Notes under the pieces: generated by a model
Databases searched by the model: none
What the model was told of the DNA's origin: nothing
What the model saw: only the letters and a program-made list of their open reading frames with translations
Program-made: the position numbers and the translations under genes
Shown here: piece by piece, positions 1 through 8,740 of the stretch
Layout of the letters: the number at the start of each line of letters is the position of its first letter
How positions within the stretch are numbered: position 1 is the first letter of the stretch
Assembly: GCA_044341385.1 (NCBI GenBank)
Contig: JBIIRW010000001.1
Location: 1,431 to 65,430 of the forward strand
Source: Sediminibacterium sp.
GTDB lineage: Bacteria; Bacteroidota; Bacteroidia; Chitinophagales; Chitinophagaceae
Direction of reading: 5' to 3'
Length of the DNA: 64,000 nucleotides

Positions 1-468
1 TGGCGCGAAACAGAATGTTTGGACGTATTTACTTATTATCAAGCAATGCATTATTTAAATACAAAAAAACCAAAAGCGATGTTTATTAGTTTTGGTGAAA
101 CAGATGAATGGGCGCATGATGGTGCATACAATCATTATTTAGATGCTGCACATAAAGTGGATATGTGGATTAAAGAAATTTGGAATTGGGCACAAGCAAC
201 CCCTGGCTATAAGGACAATACTTATATATTAGTTACAACCGATCACGGTCGTGGTTTCGTAGACCGTTGGACAAGTCATGGCGCAAAAGTACCAGGTGCG
301 TCAAGTATTTGGTTTGCTTTATTAGGACCTGATGTAAAAAAAATAGGACCCTTGGGTGAACAAACAAAGGACCAACAATTATTCCAAAAGCAATTAGCCG
401 CCACCATTACCAAATTAATTGGCCAGCCCTTTAAAGCAGAACACCCCATTGGAGATCCTATATATTAA
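1..468 (+). CDS. Alkaline phosphatase / phosphoglyceromutase superfamily protein, 5'-truncated by the window edge
   Basis: Frame is open from base 1 (WRETECLDVFTY...); ETDEWAH and TTDHGRG...SHG metal-binding motifs. Confidence 0.75.
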   Translation, partial: WRETECLDVFTYYQAMHYLNTKKPKAMFISFGETDEWAHDGAYNHYLDAAHKVDMWIKEIWNWAQATPGYKDNTYILVTTDHGRGFVDRWTSHGAKVPGASSIWFALLGPDVKKIGPLGEQTKDQQLFQKQLAATITKLIGQPFKAEHPIGDPIY

Positions 469-521
469 ATATGCAACTGATTTTATTGTAACTTTACATT
501 CAAATAGATGATTTTATATTA

Positions 522-869
522 ATGTTATACCAAAAAACCATACGGAAGTTTATAGCGCTAGCGATGCTGGTGGTTTTTGCATTTAGTATAACGCCCCAAA
601 AATCGATTCATGATTTAGTTGCCAAGCATATCGACCCAACAAGCTGTTCGGTACATAAGGATTTGCCCATTGAACAAATCGAAAAAGCAGACCTTCATTG
701 CACATTCGATTTTCAAGTAGCGACTACGCCTTTCACAGCGTATGATTTTAGTATCATCTTACAACCACCATATGTTGCGCAAACGCGTAATATAATTTTT
801 ATAGCAGCACCAATTTCTCAGCTTACTATTATTTCTGATTCACGTGGTCCCCCATCTATTTTTTGTTAG
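522..869 (+). CDS. DUF2946/CruR-like upstream ORF with N-terminal hydrophobic segment, His/Cys residues and C-terminal RGPP
   Basis: IRKFIALAMLVVFAFS; HDLVAKH, CSVH, LHC; ends DSRGPPSIFC; 74 bp upstream of a TonB-dependent receptor. Confidence 0.7.
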   Translation: MLYQKTIRKFIALAMLVVFAFSITPQKSIHDLVAKHIDPTSCSVHKDLPIEQIEKADLHCTFDFQVATTPFTAYDFSIILQPPYVAQTRNIIFIAAPISQLTIISDSRGPPSIFC

Positions 870-889
870 TATTTATTAAACAATCATCA

Positions 890-910
890 CCTACTTAAAG
901 TATAAGTAGG
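890..910 (+). promoter_or_regulatory. Stem-loop between the RGPP uORF and the receptor gene
   Basis: CCTACTTA-aagta-TAAGTAGG, perfect 8-bp stem. Confidence 0.5.
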
Positions 911-943
911 CTGTATTGTATTATTTATCACAAAAAATTAGTT

Positions 944-3343
944 ATGAGAAAATATATATATTTATTCTTTTTATTAAGTTCGGGTCTCTTTTATACTTGT
1001 ATGTTAGATGCACAAGTATATACATTAACGGGTAAGGTATTGGATAAGGCAACAGGGAAATCATTGCCAGGGGCAAGTGTGTATTTGCCAGAAATTAAAA
1101 AAGGCACTATCGCCAATAAAGAGGGCGTTTTTATACTCAATATAGAATCAGGATCGCATGTAATGGAAATTAGTTATGTTGGATATGCGACGGATGTGGA
1201 GAACATTAGGCTGGATAAAAGCACCACACAAAATTTTTATTTAAATAGTTCGGTATTAGAGGGGGGCAATGTCATTGTAACTAGTTTTTTAAGAGCCACT
1301 TCAACTCGGAGAACGCCTACGCCTGTTACCATTATTAAAAAAGAGGAACTATTTAGAGGGGTAGCAACAAATTTAATTGACGCCTTATCTAAAGTGCCAG
1401 GTGTTTCGCAAATAACCACAGGTCCTGCTATCTCAAAACCCATTATTCGTGGATTAGGTTATAACAGAGTAGTGGTGATGAATGATGGAATTCGTCAGGA
1501 AGGACAACAGTGGGGAGATGAACATGGTATTGAAATAGATGAATACAATGTAAGCAGGATAGAGGTTTTAAAGGTTCCAGCCTCTTTAATTTATGGGTCA
1601 GATGCGTTGGCTGGTGTTATTAATATTATTTCAAATGTTCCAGTAAGTGAGGGGGTGATAAAAGGAAATTACAGTTCAAATTATCAAACGAATAATAAAT
1701 TATTTGGTAATCATTTTGATATAGCTGGAAACAAAAAAGGATTATTATGGGGATTTAATTTAAGTCAAAAACAAGCTGGAGATTATAAAAACAAATACGA
1801 TGGAAATGTTTTCAACTCCAGATTTTTTGAACGCAATGGCGGGGGTTATGTTGGATTAGATAAAAATTGGGGTTATTCAATGCTTTCATTTAGTAATTTT
1901 TATCAAAACTTAGGTATCGTTGAAGGAGATCGTGCTGATGATGGTCAATTTATAATGATGAAGGATGTAAACGGCGTTGCAGAAGAAATGATTGTGGGCG
2001 AAGAAGATTCAAAAAGCTTTACGCCAAATGCGCCGATGCAAAAAATCCAACACACAAAATATACACTCGATAATAATATCAAGATTGGCAACGATCGATT
2101 GAAAGCCACCTTTGGATTACAAAGAAACCAAAGAATGGAATTTGGTAATGTGTTAGACTTAAATGAGAAAGAATTGTATTTTGATTTAAATACATTTAAT
2201 TATGCAGTACAATACTTAAAGGAAGAAAAAAATAATTGGAAAAATACCTATGGCGTCAATGGGATGCAGCAAAAAAATACGAACAAGGGGGAAGAAGCAT
2301 TAGTACCTGATTATAATAGCTTTGATATTGGTGCATTTTATTACACGCAAAAAAGAACGGATAAAACAAGTTGGAGTGGGGGATTGCGTTATGATCAAAA
2401 ATGGATGAATTATATTAATCCTGCACAAGATGATAATAAAGAAAGTAATAAGAAGTTCAGTAATATTTCAGGGGCTATTGGTGTAGCACATGATTTAAGT
2501 GAAAAGCTTACTATAAAATTTAATATTGCGCGCGGGTTCCGCGCGCCAAACATGGCCGAACTTGCTTCCTTTGGTGCGCATGAGGGAACCAACAGATTTG
2601 AGTATGGCAATGAAGCATTAATTTCTGAAAAAAGTTTACAATTTGATGCTGCATTAGAATGGAACAATGAACACATGAGTATTGCGGGCAATGTCTTTTA
2701 TAATACAGTGAAAGATTATATTTTTTATCAAAAATTAACAGCAAAATCAGGCGGGGACTCCATTATTGTTGAAAATGGAGATGATTTGTATGCATTTGCA
2801 TTTAGACAAAAAGATGCACACTTATATGGTGCAGAATTAAATGTTGATTTTCATCCACATCCGTTAGACTGGCTGCATGTAGAAAACAGTTTGAGTTTAA
2901 TACGTGGACAATTTAAAGAAGCCCTAGATGGATCAACTAATTTACCAGGTATACCAAGTGCAAGGTTATTATCGGAAATCAGAATTGAAATGTTTAAGAA
3001 ATCCAAAGCCATCCGAAATAGCTTTATCAATTTTCAATTAGATAATGTGTTTGCCCAAAACAATCCATTTGTAGGGTATAATACCGAAACGGTTACATCT
3101 GCATACACCCTTTTAAATATTGGTTTTAGTACACAAGTGCAGCATAAAAATAAAACATTATTCAGTGTTTCACTCGTTGGTCAAAACATGGCTGATGTTG
3201 CTTATCAAAACCATTTGAACCGTTTAAAGTATGGTCCTATGAATGAGGCCACTGGTCGCATGGGCGTTTTTAATATGGGACGAAACTTTAGTTTAAAAAT
3301 AAATGTGCCTTTGCAGTTTAATAAAGCGAGTGCCATTAATTAA
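944..3343 (+). CDS. TonB-dependent receptor with N-terminal carboxypeptidase-regulatory-like domain, probably metal uptake
   Basis: Signal peptide; LPGASVY...SYVGY; plug PIIRGLGYNRV and IEVLKVPASLIYGSDALAGVINI; QQWGDEHG; C-terminal GRNFSLKINVP. Confidence 0.92.
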   Translation: MRKYIYLFFLLSSGLFYTCMLDAQVYTLTGKVLDKATGKSLPGASVYLPEIKKGTIANKEGVFILNIESGSHVMEISYVGYATDVENIRLDKSTTQNFYLNSSVLEGGNVIVTSFLRATSTRRTPTPVTIIKKEELFRGVATNLIDALSKVPGVSQITTGPAISKPIIRGLGYNRVVVMNDGIRQEGQQWGDEHGIEIDEYNVSRIEVLKVPASLIYGSDALAGVINIISNVPVSEGVIKGNYSSNYQTNNKLFGNHFDIAGNKKGLLWGFNLSQKQAGDYKNKYDGNVFNSRFFERNGGGYVGLDKNWGYSMLSFSNFYQNLGIVEGDRADDGQFIMMKDVNGVAEEMIVGEEDSKSFTPNAPMQKIQHTKYTLDNNIKIGNDRLKATFGLQRNQRMEFGNVLDLNEKELYFDLNTFNYAVQYLKEEKNNWKNTYGVNGMQQKNTNKGEEALVPDYNSFDIGAFYYTQKRTDKTSWSGGLRYDQKWMNYINPAQDDNKESNKKFSNISGAIGVAHDLSEKLTIKFNIARGFRAPNMAELASFGAHEGTNRFEYGNEALISEKSLQFDAALEWNNEHMSIAGNVFYNTVKDYIFYQKLTAKSGGDSIIVENGDDLYAFAFRQKDAHLYGAELNVDFHPHPLDWLHVENSLSLIRGQFKEALDGSTNLPGIPSARLLSEIRIEMFKKSKAIRNSFINFQLDNVFAQNNPFVGYNTETVTSAYTLLNIGFSTQVQHKNKTLFSVSLVGQNMADVAYQNHLNRLKYGPMNEATGRMGVFNMGRNFSLKINVPLQFNKASAIN

Positions 3344-3358
3344 AATCTTATTTTTCGA

Positions 3359-3400
3359 AATTAAAAAGGGGAATGATATTTATCATTTCCCTTTTTAATT
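3359..3400. terminator. Intrinsic, possibly bidirectional, terminator
   Basis: AATTAAAAAGGGGAATGATA / TATCATTTCCCTTTTTAATT inverted repeat just after the receptor stop. Confidence 0.8.
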
Positions 3401-3436
3401 AATAAACTATAATGGTAATAATTTTTAATAAATTTG

Positions 3437-3444
3437 TATCTTTG
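3437..3444 (+). promoter_or_regulatory. Bacteroidota -7 promoter box
   Basis: TATCTTTG matches TAnnTTTG, ~90 bp upstream of the YceI gene. Confidence 0.55.
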
Positions 3445-3532
3445 TAATGAATTTATTCTTCGGTTCAAGTTTCTACCGCAAGCGTTTATATAAGTTAAAT
3501 TCCTGTTATAAATATTTAAGCTAATAAAACAC

Positions 3533-4096
3533 ATGAAAACAAGAGCAACATTATCTAGCGCGGCAACTTTATTAGTAATTGTATTATTTAGCGGCATGCT
3601 TCAAACCGCCAATGCGCAAAAAGTATTTGCTACTAAATCAGGACAAATATATTTTAATGCAACAGGTGCGTTGGTTAAAATTGCAGCAGTCAATAATCAG
3701 GTGGATTCAAAATTTGTGGATGCCACAGGACAAATTATTTTTGGCGTATTAATTAAAGGTTTCAAGTTTGAGAATCAACTAATGGAGGATCATTTTAATG
3801 AAAATTATATGGAATCTACGCAGTTCCCAAAGGCGGATTTTAAAGGCTACATCACTAATATTAAAGAAATCAACTTTTCAAAGGATGGGGCTTATCCTAT
3901 TCAAGTGGAAGGGACTTTAACCATACATGGGGTTGCCCAAAAAACCACGACCAAAGGAACACTAACTTTAGCGCAAGGCAAGCCTACTCTTGAGGGTGAG
4001 TTTAATGTTAAGATCAAGGATTATGGGATATCAGGAATGTATATTGGAGATAAAATTGCCAATGTTGCTGTTATCAAATTGAATTGTAAATATTAA
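3533..4096 (+). CDS. YceI family protein
   Basis: Signal peptide; FKFENQLMEDHFNENYMES.QFPKA.F and GTLTIHGV motifs. Confidence 0.85.
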   Translation: MKTRATLSSAATLLVIVLFSGMLQTANAQKVFATKSGQIYFNATGALVKIAAVNNQVDSKFVDATGQIIFGVLIKGFKFENQLMEDHFNENYMESTQFPKADFKGYITNIKEINFSKDGAYPIQVEGTLTIHGVAQKTTTKGTLTLAQGKPTLEGEFNVKIKDYGISGMYIGDKIANVAVIKLNCKY

Positions 4097-4121
4097 TATC
4101 TTTAGTATTAAAATACCCATT

Positions 4122-5024
4122 ATGTTTAAATTGCATACCAGTTTACTTTTTTTATGCATTTTAGGAATGCAGCTGAAAGCAACAGCACAAACTATTGATT
4201 TATTTGCTGAAACTCCCACTACCGTTACTAAGGATATTGCTACGGGAATTTTTAAAACCACACGAATCGTCAATGGACAATCTATTGAAAATGTAGGGGC
4301 GGGTATTTTAGACTTTAAAATTATGCATCGTTTTGGAGCTATTAATCAAGGAGGCTATGAATTTTTTGGTTTGGATCAGGCTACCATGCGAATTGGTTTG
4401 GATTACGGCATTACCAAAAACTTAATGATTGGAATAGGACGTAGTACATTTCAAAAACAATTTGATGGCTTTGTAAAATATAAAGCATTAAGTCAACAAA
4501 CCGGCGAACGCAATATTCCTTTAAGTATTAGTTATGTAGGAAGTACTATTTATAAATCATTGAAGGATGCCACGACTACTTATCAACCCTATGTTTCAGA
4601 CAAGTTTTCATTTGCGCATCAAATTTTATTTGCTCGAAAATTCAATGATTATTTTTCATTACAGTTAACGCCAACCCTTTTACATTACAATATTGTAGAA
4701 AATGTAAATATCCCCAATGATTTTTATTCTTTTGGGATTGGCTTCAGACAAAGAATCAGTAAGCGCGTGAATATTACTACCGAGTATTTTTATCGTATTG
4801 ATAAATTAGATGGCTACTACGATCCTTTGTCAGTGGGTGTTGACATTGAAACAGGCGGCCATGTGTTTCAGTTACATGTAAGTAATTCGACAGGTATGAC
4901 GGAGCGTACTTTTATCAATGAAACAGCAGGTAGCTGGGGCAAAGGTGATTTACGATTTGGATTTAATATCTCCAGGGTGTTTACGCTAAAAAAGCCGAAG
5001 GAGTTGAAGAACTTAAAGTTTTAA
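4122..5024 (+). CDS. Outer-membrane beta-barrel protein (DUF5777-like)
   Basis: FKTTRIVNGQS, HRFG...FFGLD, DIETGGHVFQL, FGFNISRVF; adjacent to YceI. Confidence 0.75.
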   Translation: MFKLHTSLLFLCILGMQLKATAQTIDLFAETPTTVTKDIATGIFKTTRIVNGQSIENVGAGILDFKIMHRFGAINQGGYEFFGLDQATMRIGLDYGITKNLMIGIGRSTFQKQFDGFVKYKALSQQTGERNIPLSISYVGSTIYKSLKDATTTYQPYVSDKFSFAHQILFARKFNDYFSLQLTPTLLHYNIVENVNIPNDFYSFGIGFRQRISKRVNITTEYFYRIDKLDGYYDPLSVGVDIETGGHVFQLHVSNSTGMTERTFINETAGSWGKGDLRFGFNISRVFTLKKPKELKNLKF

Positions 5025-5133
5025 AAGGCAAGCAATTAGAATAAAGTAAGAAGAATTAGTAAAAATTTAGAATTGTGGTATTTTTAAATATAATATACTG
5101 TTCATTTACTCGACTGAATAAAACCAAAAAGTT

Positions 5134-5550
5134 ATGTCTACAAAAAATAAAATAATTATTGTAATTGCTTTAATAACAGCTATTGCTTTTAGTGCGTACT
5201 ATTATATTTTTATTTATTCAAGCAATAATCATCGACAAGTACAATCTGAAACAGCAATCGCAATTACATCAGATTCATTAGTAGCAAAATACCAGGCCGA
5301 TGAAAAATTAGCCAATAGCTTATATTTAAATAAAGCAGTAGCCGTTACAGGCAACCTTTTAAGTATTGATAAAAATCAGGAAGGAAAAACAACCCTTGTT
5401 ATTGGTCGTAGCGAATCATTTTCCAATGTATCTGTAACCATGTCTAGTGACGCCCCCATTACAAAAAAAGTAGGCGCCCCAATCACCATCAAAGGCTTAT
5501 GCACTGGCGCTTTAAGCGATGTAGTTATTACAGATGCGGCGGTGGAGTAG
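5134..5550 (+). CDS. Membrane-anchored OB-fold protein (tRNA_anti-like)
   Basis: N-terminal TM; YQADEKLANSLYLNKAVAVTG...ITIKGLCTG. Confidence 0.7.
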   Translation: MSTKNKIIIVIALITAIAFSAYYYIFIYSSNNHRQVQSETAIAITSDSLVAKYQADEKLANSLYLNKAVAVTGNLLSIDKNQEGKTTLVIGRSESFSNVSVTMSSDAPITKKVGAPITIKGLCTGALSDVVITDAAVE

Positions 5551-5573
5551 AAGGGATTACAAAAGTTTATCAA

Positions 5574-5987
5574 TTACAAGGTTGAAATAAAATCATTAAT
5601 CGTAAGTATTGAAGTTTTTTTATAATGCTTTAAAATTAATAAATCATTATCACCAGTAATTAAATAGTCAACGTCTCCGTCAATAGCTAGAGATAATAAA
5701 AAATTATCTTTAACATCTCTAGATACATTAACAATTGAAAAAACTTTTACAAACAAAGCTTTTTCATTAATAATTTCAACTAAAATTTTGATATTTAAAT
5801 CGTTGAAATAACGTACGAACTTTTCTCTGTGGACTACTTCTAAAAATTCATCAAATAATTCATCGCTGAAAACGACCAGATATTTATCAGAATTAAGAAA
5901 ATGATCCAGCTTGTTAAAATCGTTTGTTATTAAAAAACTAATCCAAAGATTGGTATCAATGATTATCCGTTTTATTTTTATTGACAT
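5574..5987 (-). CDS. PIN-domain toxin component of a toxin-antitoxin system
   Basis: IIIDTNLWISF, RDVKDNFLL.LA..G..DYLITGD.DLL; start placed at ATG 5987 rather than 6011. Confidence 0.85.
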   Translation of the reverse strand: MSIKIKRIIIDTNLWISFLITNDFNKLDHFLNSDKYLVVFSDELFDEFLEVVHREKFVRYFNDLNIKILVEIINEKALFVKVFSIVNVSRDVKDNFLLSLAIDGDVDYLITGDNDLLILKHYKKTSILTINDFISTL

Positions 5988-6189
5988 AACGCTTTGTTCT
6001 AACCAACTCAACTTCTTTTGTAATTTCTTTTAATGAAGGAGCAGTTTTTGCATTTGAACGAAGGTTATTTAAAACAGATTGTAAGCTTTTATTTGGTCTC
6101 CTTTTGATGGATATCAAATTTTGCTTTTCCATATCTTTTAAAATAATGTCAGCTTTAGGGTTCAATATGTTCACTTGAATGGTGTTCAT
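5956..6189 (-). CDS. Putative antitoxin
   Basis: 77 aa, upstream of and overlapping the PIN gene; PSLKEITKEVELVR C-terminus. Confidence 0.7.
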   Translation of the reverse strand: MNTIQVNILNPKADIILKDMEKQNLISIKRRPNKSLQSVLNNLRSNAKTAPSLKEITKEVELVRTKRYVNKNKTDNH

Positions 6190-6662
6190 TAATCAAATTT
6201 AAAGATAATTCAGCCAGCTTATTAATTTTGTTTGATTTACTAATATCAATTTGTAATGTACAAGTCTAAGACATTTGATAATCATGTATTAACCTCCCCC
6301 TTTTGGGGTACAAATGAATTGAAATCGCAAAAACCGCATCATTAAACCGCTAACTCTGGTGGGAAACCAGGAAAAAGCGACCCAAAAAACCTAAAATTCA
6401 GAATACTAGATAGGCATCTTCTCCAAGTAAATTCAGCTGTAAAACCTATTATACAGCCTCCGAAATAAGCCCCAAAATCGAAGCCAAGTCCGTGCAACCT
6501 ATTATAGGTCAATAAATTGCTATAAATCATATAGTTTGCTTACTTTTAAGGCAGAGCAACCAGCCCCCGATGCTGCTAAAAAGAGCCATTAATTAACCTC
6601 CAATTTTAGGTGGATAATAATAATTAGAATAAATTTGTTATATACTGATAAACCTTTGTCTT

Positions 6663-6705
6663 TTAGTCATTTGCATGTCAAAAATGTGACTAAGAAAGGC
6701 GAAGC
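6663..6705 (+). promoter_or_regulatory. Conserved leader element, copy 1 (hairpin + ops-like GCGAAGC)
   Basis: TTAGTCAtttgcatgtcaaaaatgTGACTAAgaaagGCGAAGC; same length and ends as the copy at 28346. Confidence 0.7.
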
Positions 6706-6766
6706 ATTATAAAAAATTATAATATACCAACAAGGTAAGCAATACCTAAAATCATAAAATTAAATT

Positions 6767-7435
6767 ATGAACGTTTTAAAAATTTCAAAAAAAGTAAAAT
6801 TATTTATCACTTTAGCTTCGATAAGCTTGTTTATGGGTTGTGCAAAGTCGGGATATAACGAAGTGATGGTTTACAATAATAATTTTAAATCAGGATCAAC
6901 CGATAAGTTAACGGGTGCTATCTTATATAAAAACAATGGCGAGTATTTAATTGGTCGTTATAATAAAAATGGGTTTACCATTAATCTAGATAACTTACCA
7001 GCGCATCAGGCTATTGAAATTATCGCAGAACCGCGCTTTCATGATAGTTGGGATGGCAACAATAATTATGGTGGAATAGATGGTCCAGATATTTGGAATA
7101 TCAATATGGATGGAACAACGGTGTTAAATGCAACTTTTTCTAATACACCATGTAATTCAATTTATTGTTTGTATCAATCTTACCCTGCAGATTATGGTTT
7201 AATCAATAATCCACCTAAAACTGGTGCTTATATGGATATTGCAGGTATATGTCATATGACAGATGTATTTAAAACTTCAGTATATAAAATTGATAAAACA
7301 ATAAAACATAGTGCTTCAAAAGTAACTATAAGTTTTAAAGATTTGTTGGTTCAAAAAAATGTTGCGGATCAAATGTGCGATGAATCATGGTCTATGGGAA
7401 GTTTAATTATCAAAATAATTAACACACCAGAGTAA
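6767..7435 (+). CDS. Hypothetical lipoprotein, first gene of cluster 1
   Basis: Lipobox LFMG-C; FHDSWDGN...GPDIW; several Cys. Confidence 0.7.
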   Translation: MNVLKISKKVKLFITLASISLFMGCAKSGYNEVMVYNNNFKSGSTDKLTGAILYKNNGEYLIGRYNKNGFTINLDNLPAHQAIEIIAEPRFHDSWDGNNNYGGIDGPDIWNINMDGTTVLNATFSNTPCNSIYCLYQSYPADYGLINNPPKTGAYMDIAGICHMTDVFKTSVYKIDKTIKHSASKVTISFKDLLVQKNVADQMCDESWSMGSLIIKIINTPE

Positions 7436-7492
7436 GTATTTCAAGCAATCAATTTTGCGAAATATTCATACAATTTTAATTGTAAAAAATAA

Positions 7493-8740
7493 ATGAAGTT
7501 ACACTTTCCCACTATTAACCAATTTGTATCATTATTGATATTCAGTATAACCAATGCTGTTTTTCAATTAATGGTTATCCCAATATTAGTACATCATATT
7601 AATGCTGAAAAGCTAGGCGTTTATTTTTTAGCATTATCCTTTGGTTCACTCATTGCCATATTTGTTAATTACGGCACCATGCAAACAAGTATGGTTGAGA
7701 TAAAAAAGGCAGTAACAATGGAAGATAAAAAACAGATTATTGCAAATACTATGGCAATTCGTTTTATACCCTTACTTGTTGCTATAGTTATCGTATCAAC
7801 TTTACCCATCTTTATAAAAAATGGGGTGTATTATTTTATGATTCTTCCTATGATATTAGCGGAGTTTATCAATCCTCAATTTTATTTAATAGCGACCTAT
7901 AATATCAATAAGTATACATTCATCAACTTATTTTTTAGGCTCTTATTATTATTGGTTATTTATATAATGAGAGATAGTGATTATATCATCCAAATCAGTT
8001 TACTCGGAACCGGAATAGTCATGTTATTATTGAATACCTTTTATTTAAAAAAAGTATTTTTTCAAGAAGGACTTTCTGAATATTATCCCTCAACAGAAAA
8101 GTTAATCCAATTATTAAAAACAAATAGCTTGGTATTGGGCAATGGCTTAACGGTTCATTTGCAACAGTCATTATTTTTGTTTGCAATACCTTCATTTGTT
8201 ACCCCATTGTATTTATCAGCCTATGGTTTTGTAGATAAACTTATCTCAAGTTTTAGGATGTTGGTAAATGCATATGGATCGGCGGTGATGCCTCATGCGG
8301 CAGGTACTCATCAATTAGGTTTTGAACAATGGAAGCGTTTAAAAAAGCAACAAAATATTTTATTATCAACTTTTTGTTTAGTGATTGGTGGAATCATGTT
8401 TCTTTTCCCCGAACAATTATTGACGCTGCTACTCATGGGCAAGCATGAAAATAATTTAGCTTTTTTCATGCAAGTACAGCAATTGATAAAAATCATAAGT
8501 ATTGTTCCAATGTTAATCGCATTAAATGTTTTAAATGTAACCGAAATATTTTTAGAAAAAAAATATGCTTCCTACTTTGGTGCAGGTGTTTTTATATTAT
8601 TTATTTCATTATTAAGTATTGATGCATTTCAGTTAGGATTGGATTCCCAATACGTAGGATATTATCCATTGCTCATTGAAGCAATAGCGTTGGCAACATC
8701 ATTTTTTATTGTACAACGAATTAGGTTTGCAAAGAGTTAG
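7493..8740 (+). CDS. wzx: Oligosaccharide flippase
   Basis: Many TM segments; LGVYFLALSFGSLIAIFVNYG N-terminal flippase pattern. Confidence 0.75.
   Translation: MKLHFPTINQFVSLLIFSITNAVFQLMVIPILVHHINAEKLGVYFLALSFGSLIAIFVNYGTMQTSMVEIKKAVTMEDKKQIIANTMAIRFIPLLVAIVIVSTLPIFIKNGVYYFMILPMILAEFINPQFYLIATYNINKYTFINLFFRLLLLLVIYIMRDSDYIIQISLLGTGIVMLLLNTFYLKKVFFQEGLSEYYPSTEKLIQLLKTNSLVLGNGLTVHLQQSLFLFAIPSFVTPLYLSAYGFVDKLISSFRMLVNAYGSAVMPHAAGTHQLGFEQWKRLKKQQNILLSTFCLVIGGIMFLFPEQLLTLLLMGKHENNLAFFMQVQQLIKIISIVPMLIALNVLNVTEIFLEKKYASYFGAGVFILFISLLSIDAFQLGLDSQYVGYYPLLIEAIALATSFFIVQRIRFAKS

Noticed and set aside
6342-6530. 62-aa minus-strand ORF
   Set aside because: No recognisable motif; more likely part of the regulatory intergenic region.
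6190-6766. Invertible promoter of the Bacteroides CPS type in leader 1 (also sought in 27769-28432)
   Set aside because: No convincing long inverted repeats flanking a promoter were found by eye and there is no recombinase in the window; only a short direct repeat ATTAACCTCC (6288, 6592).
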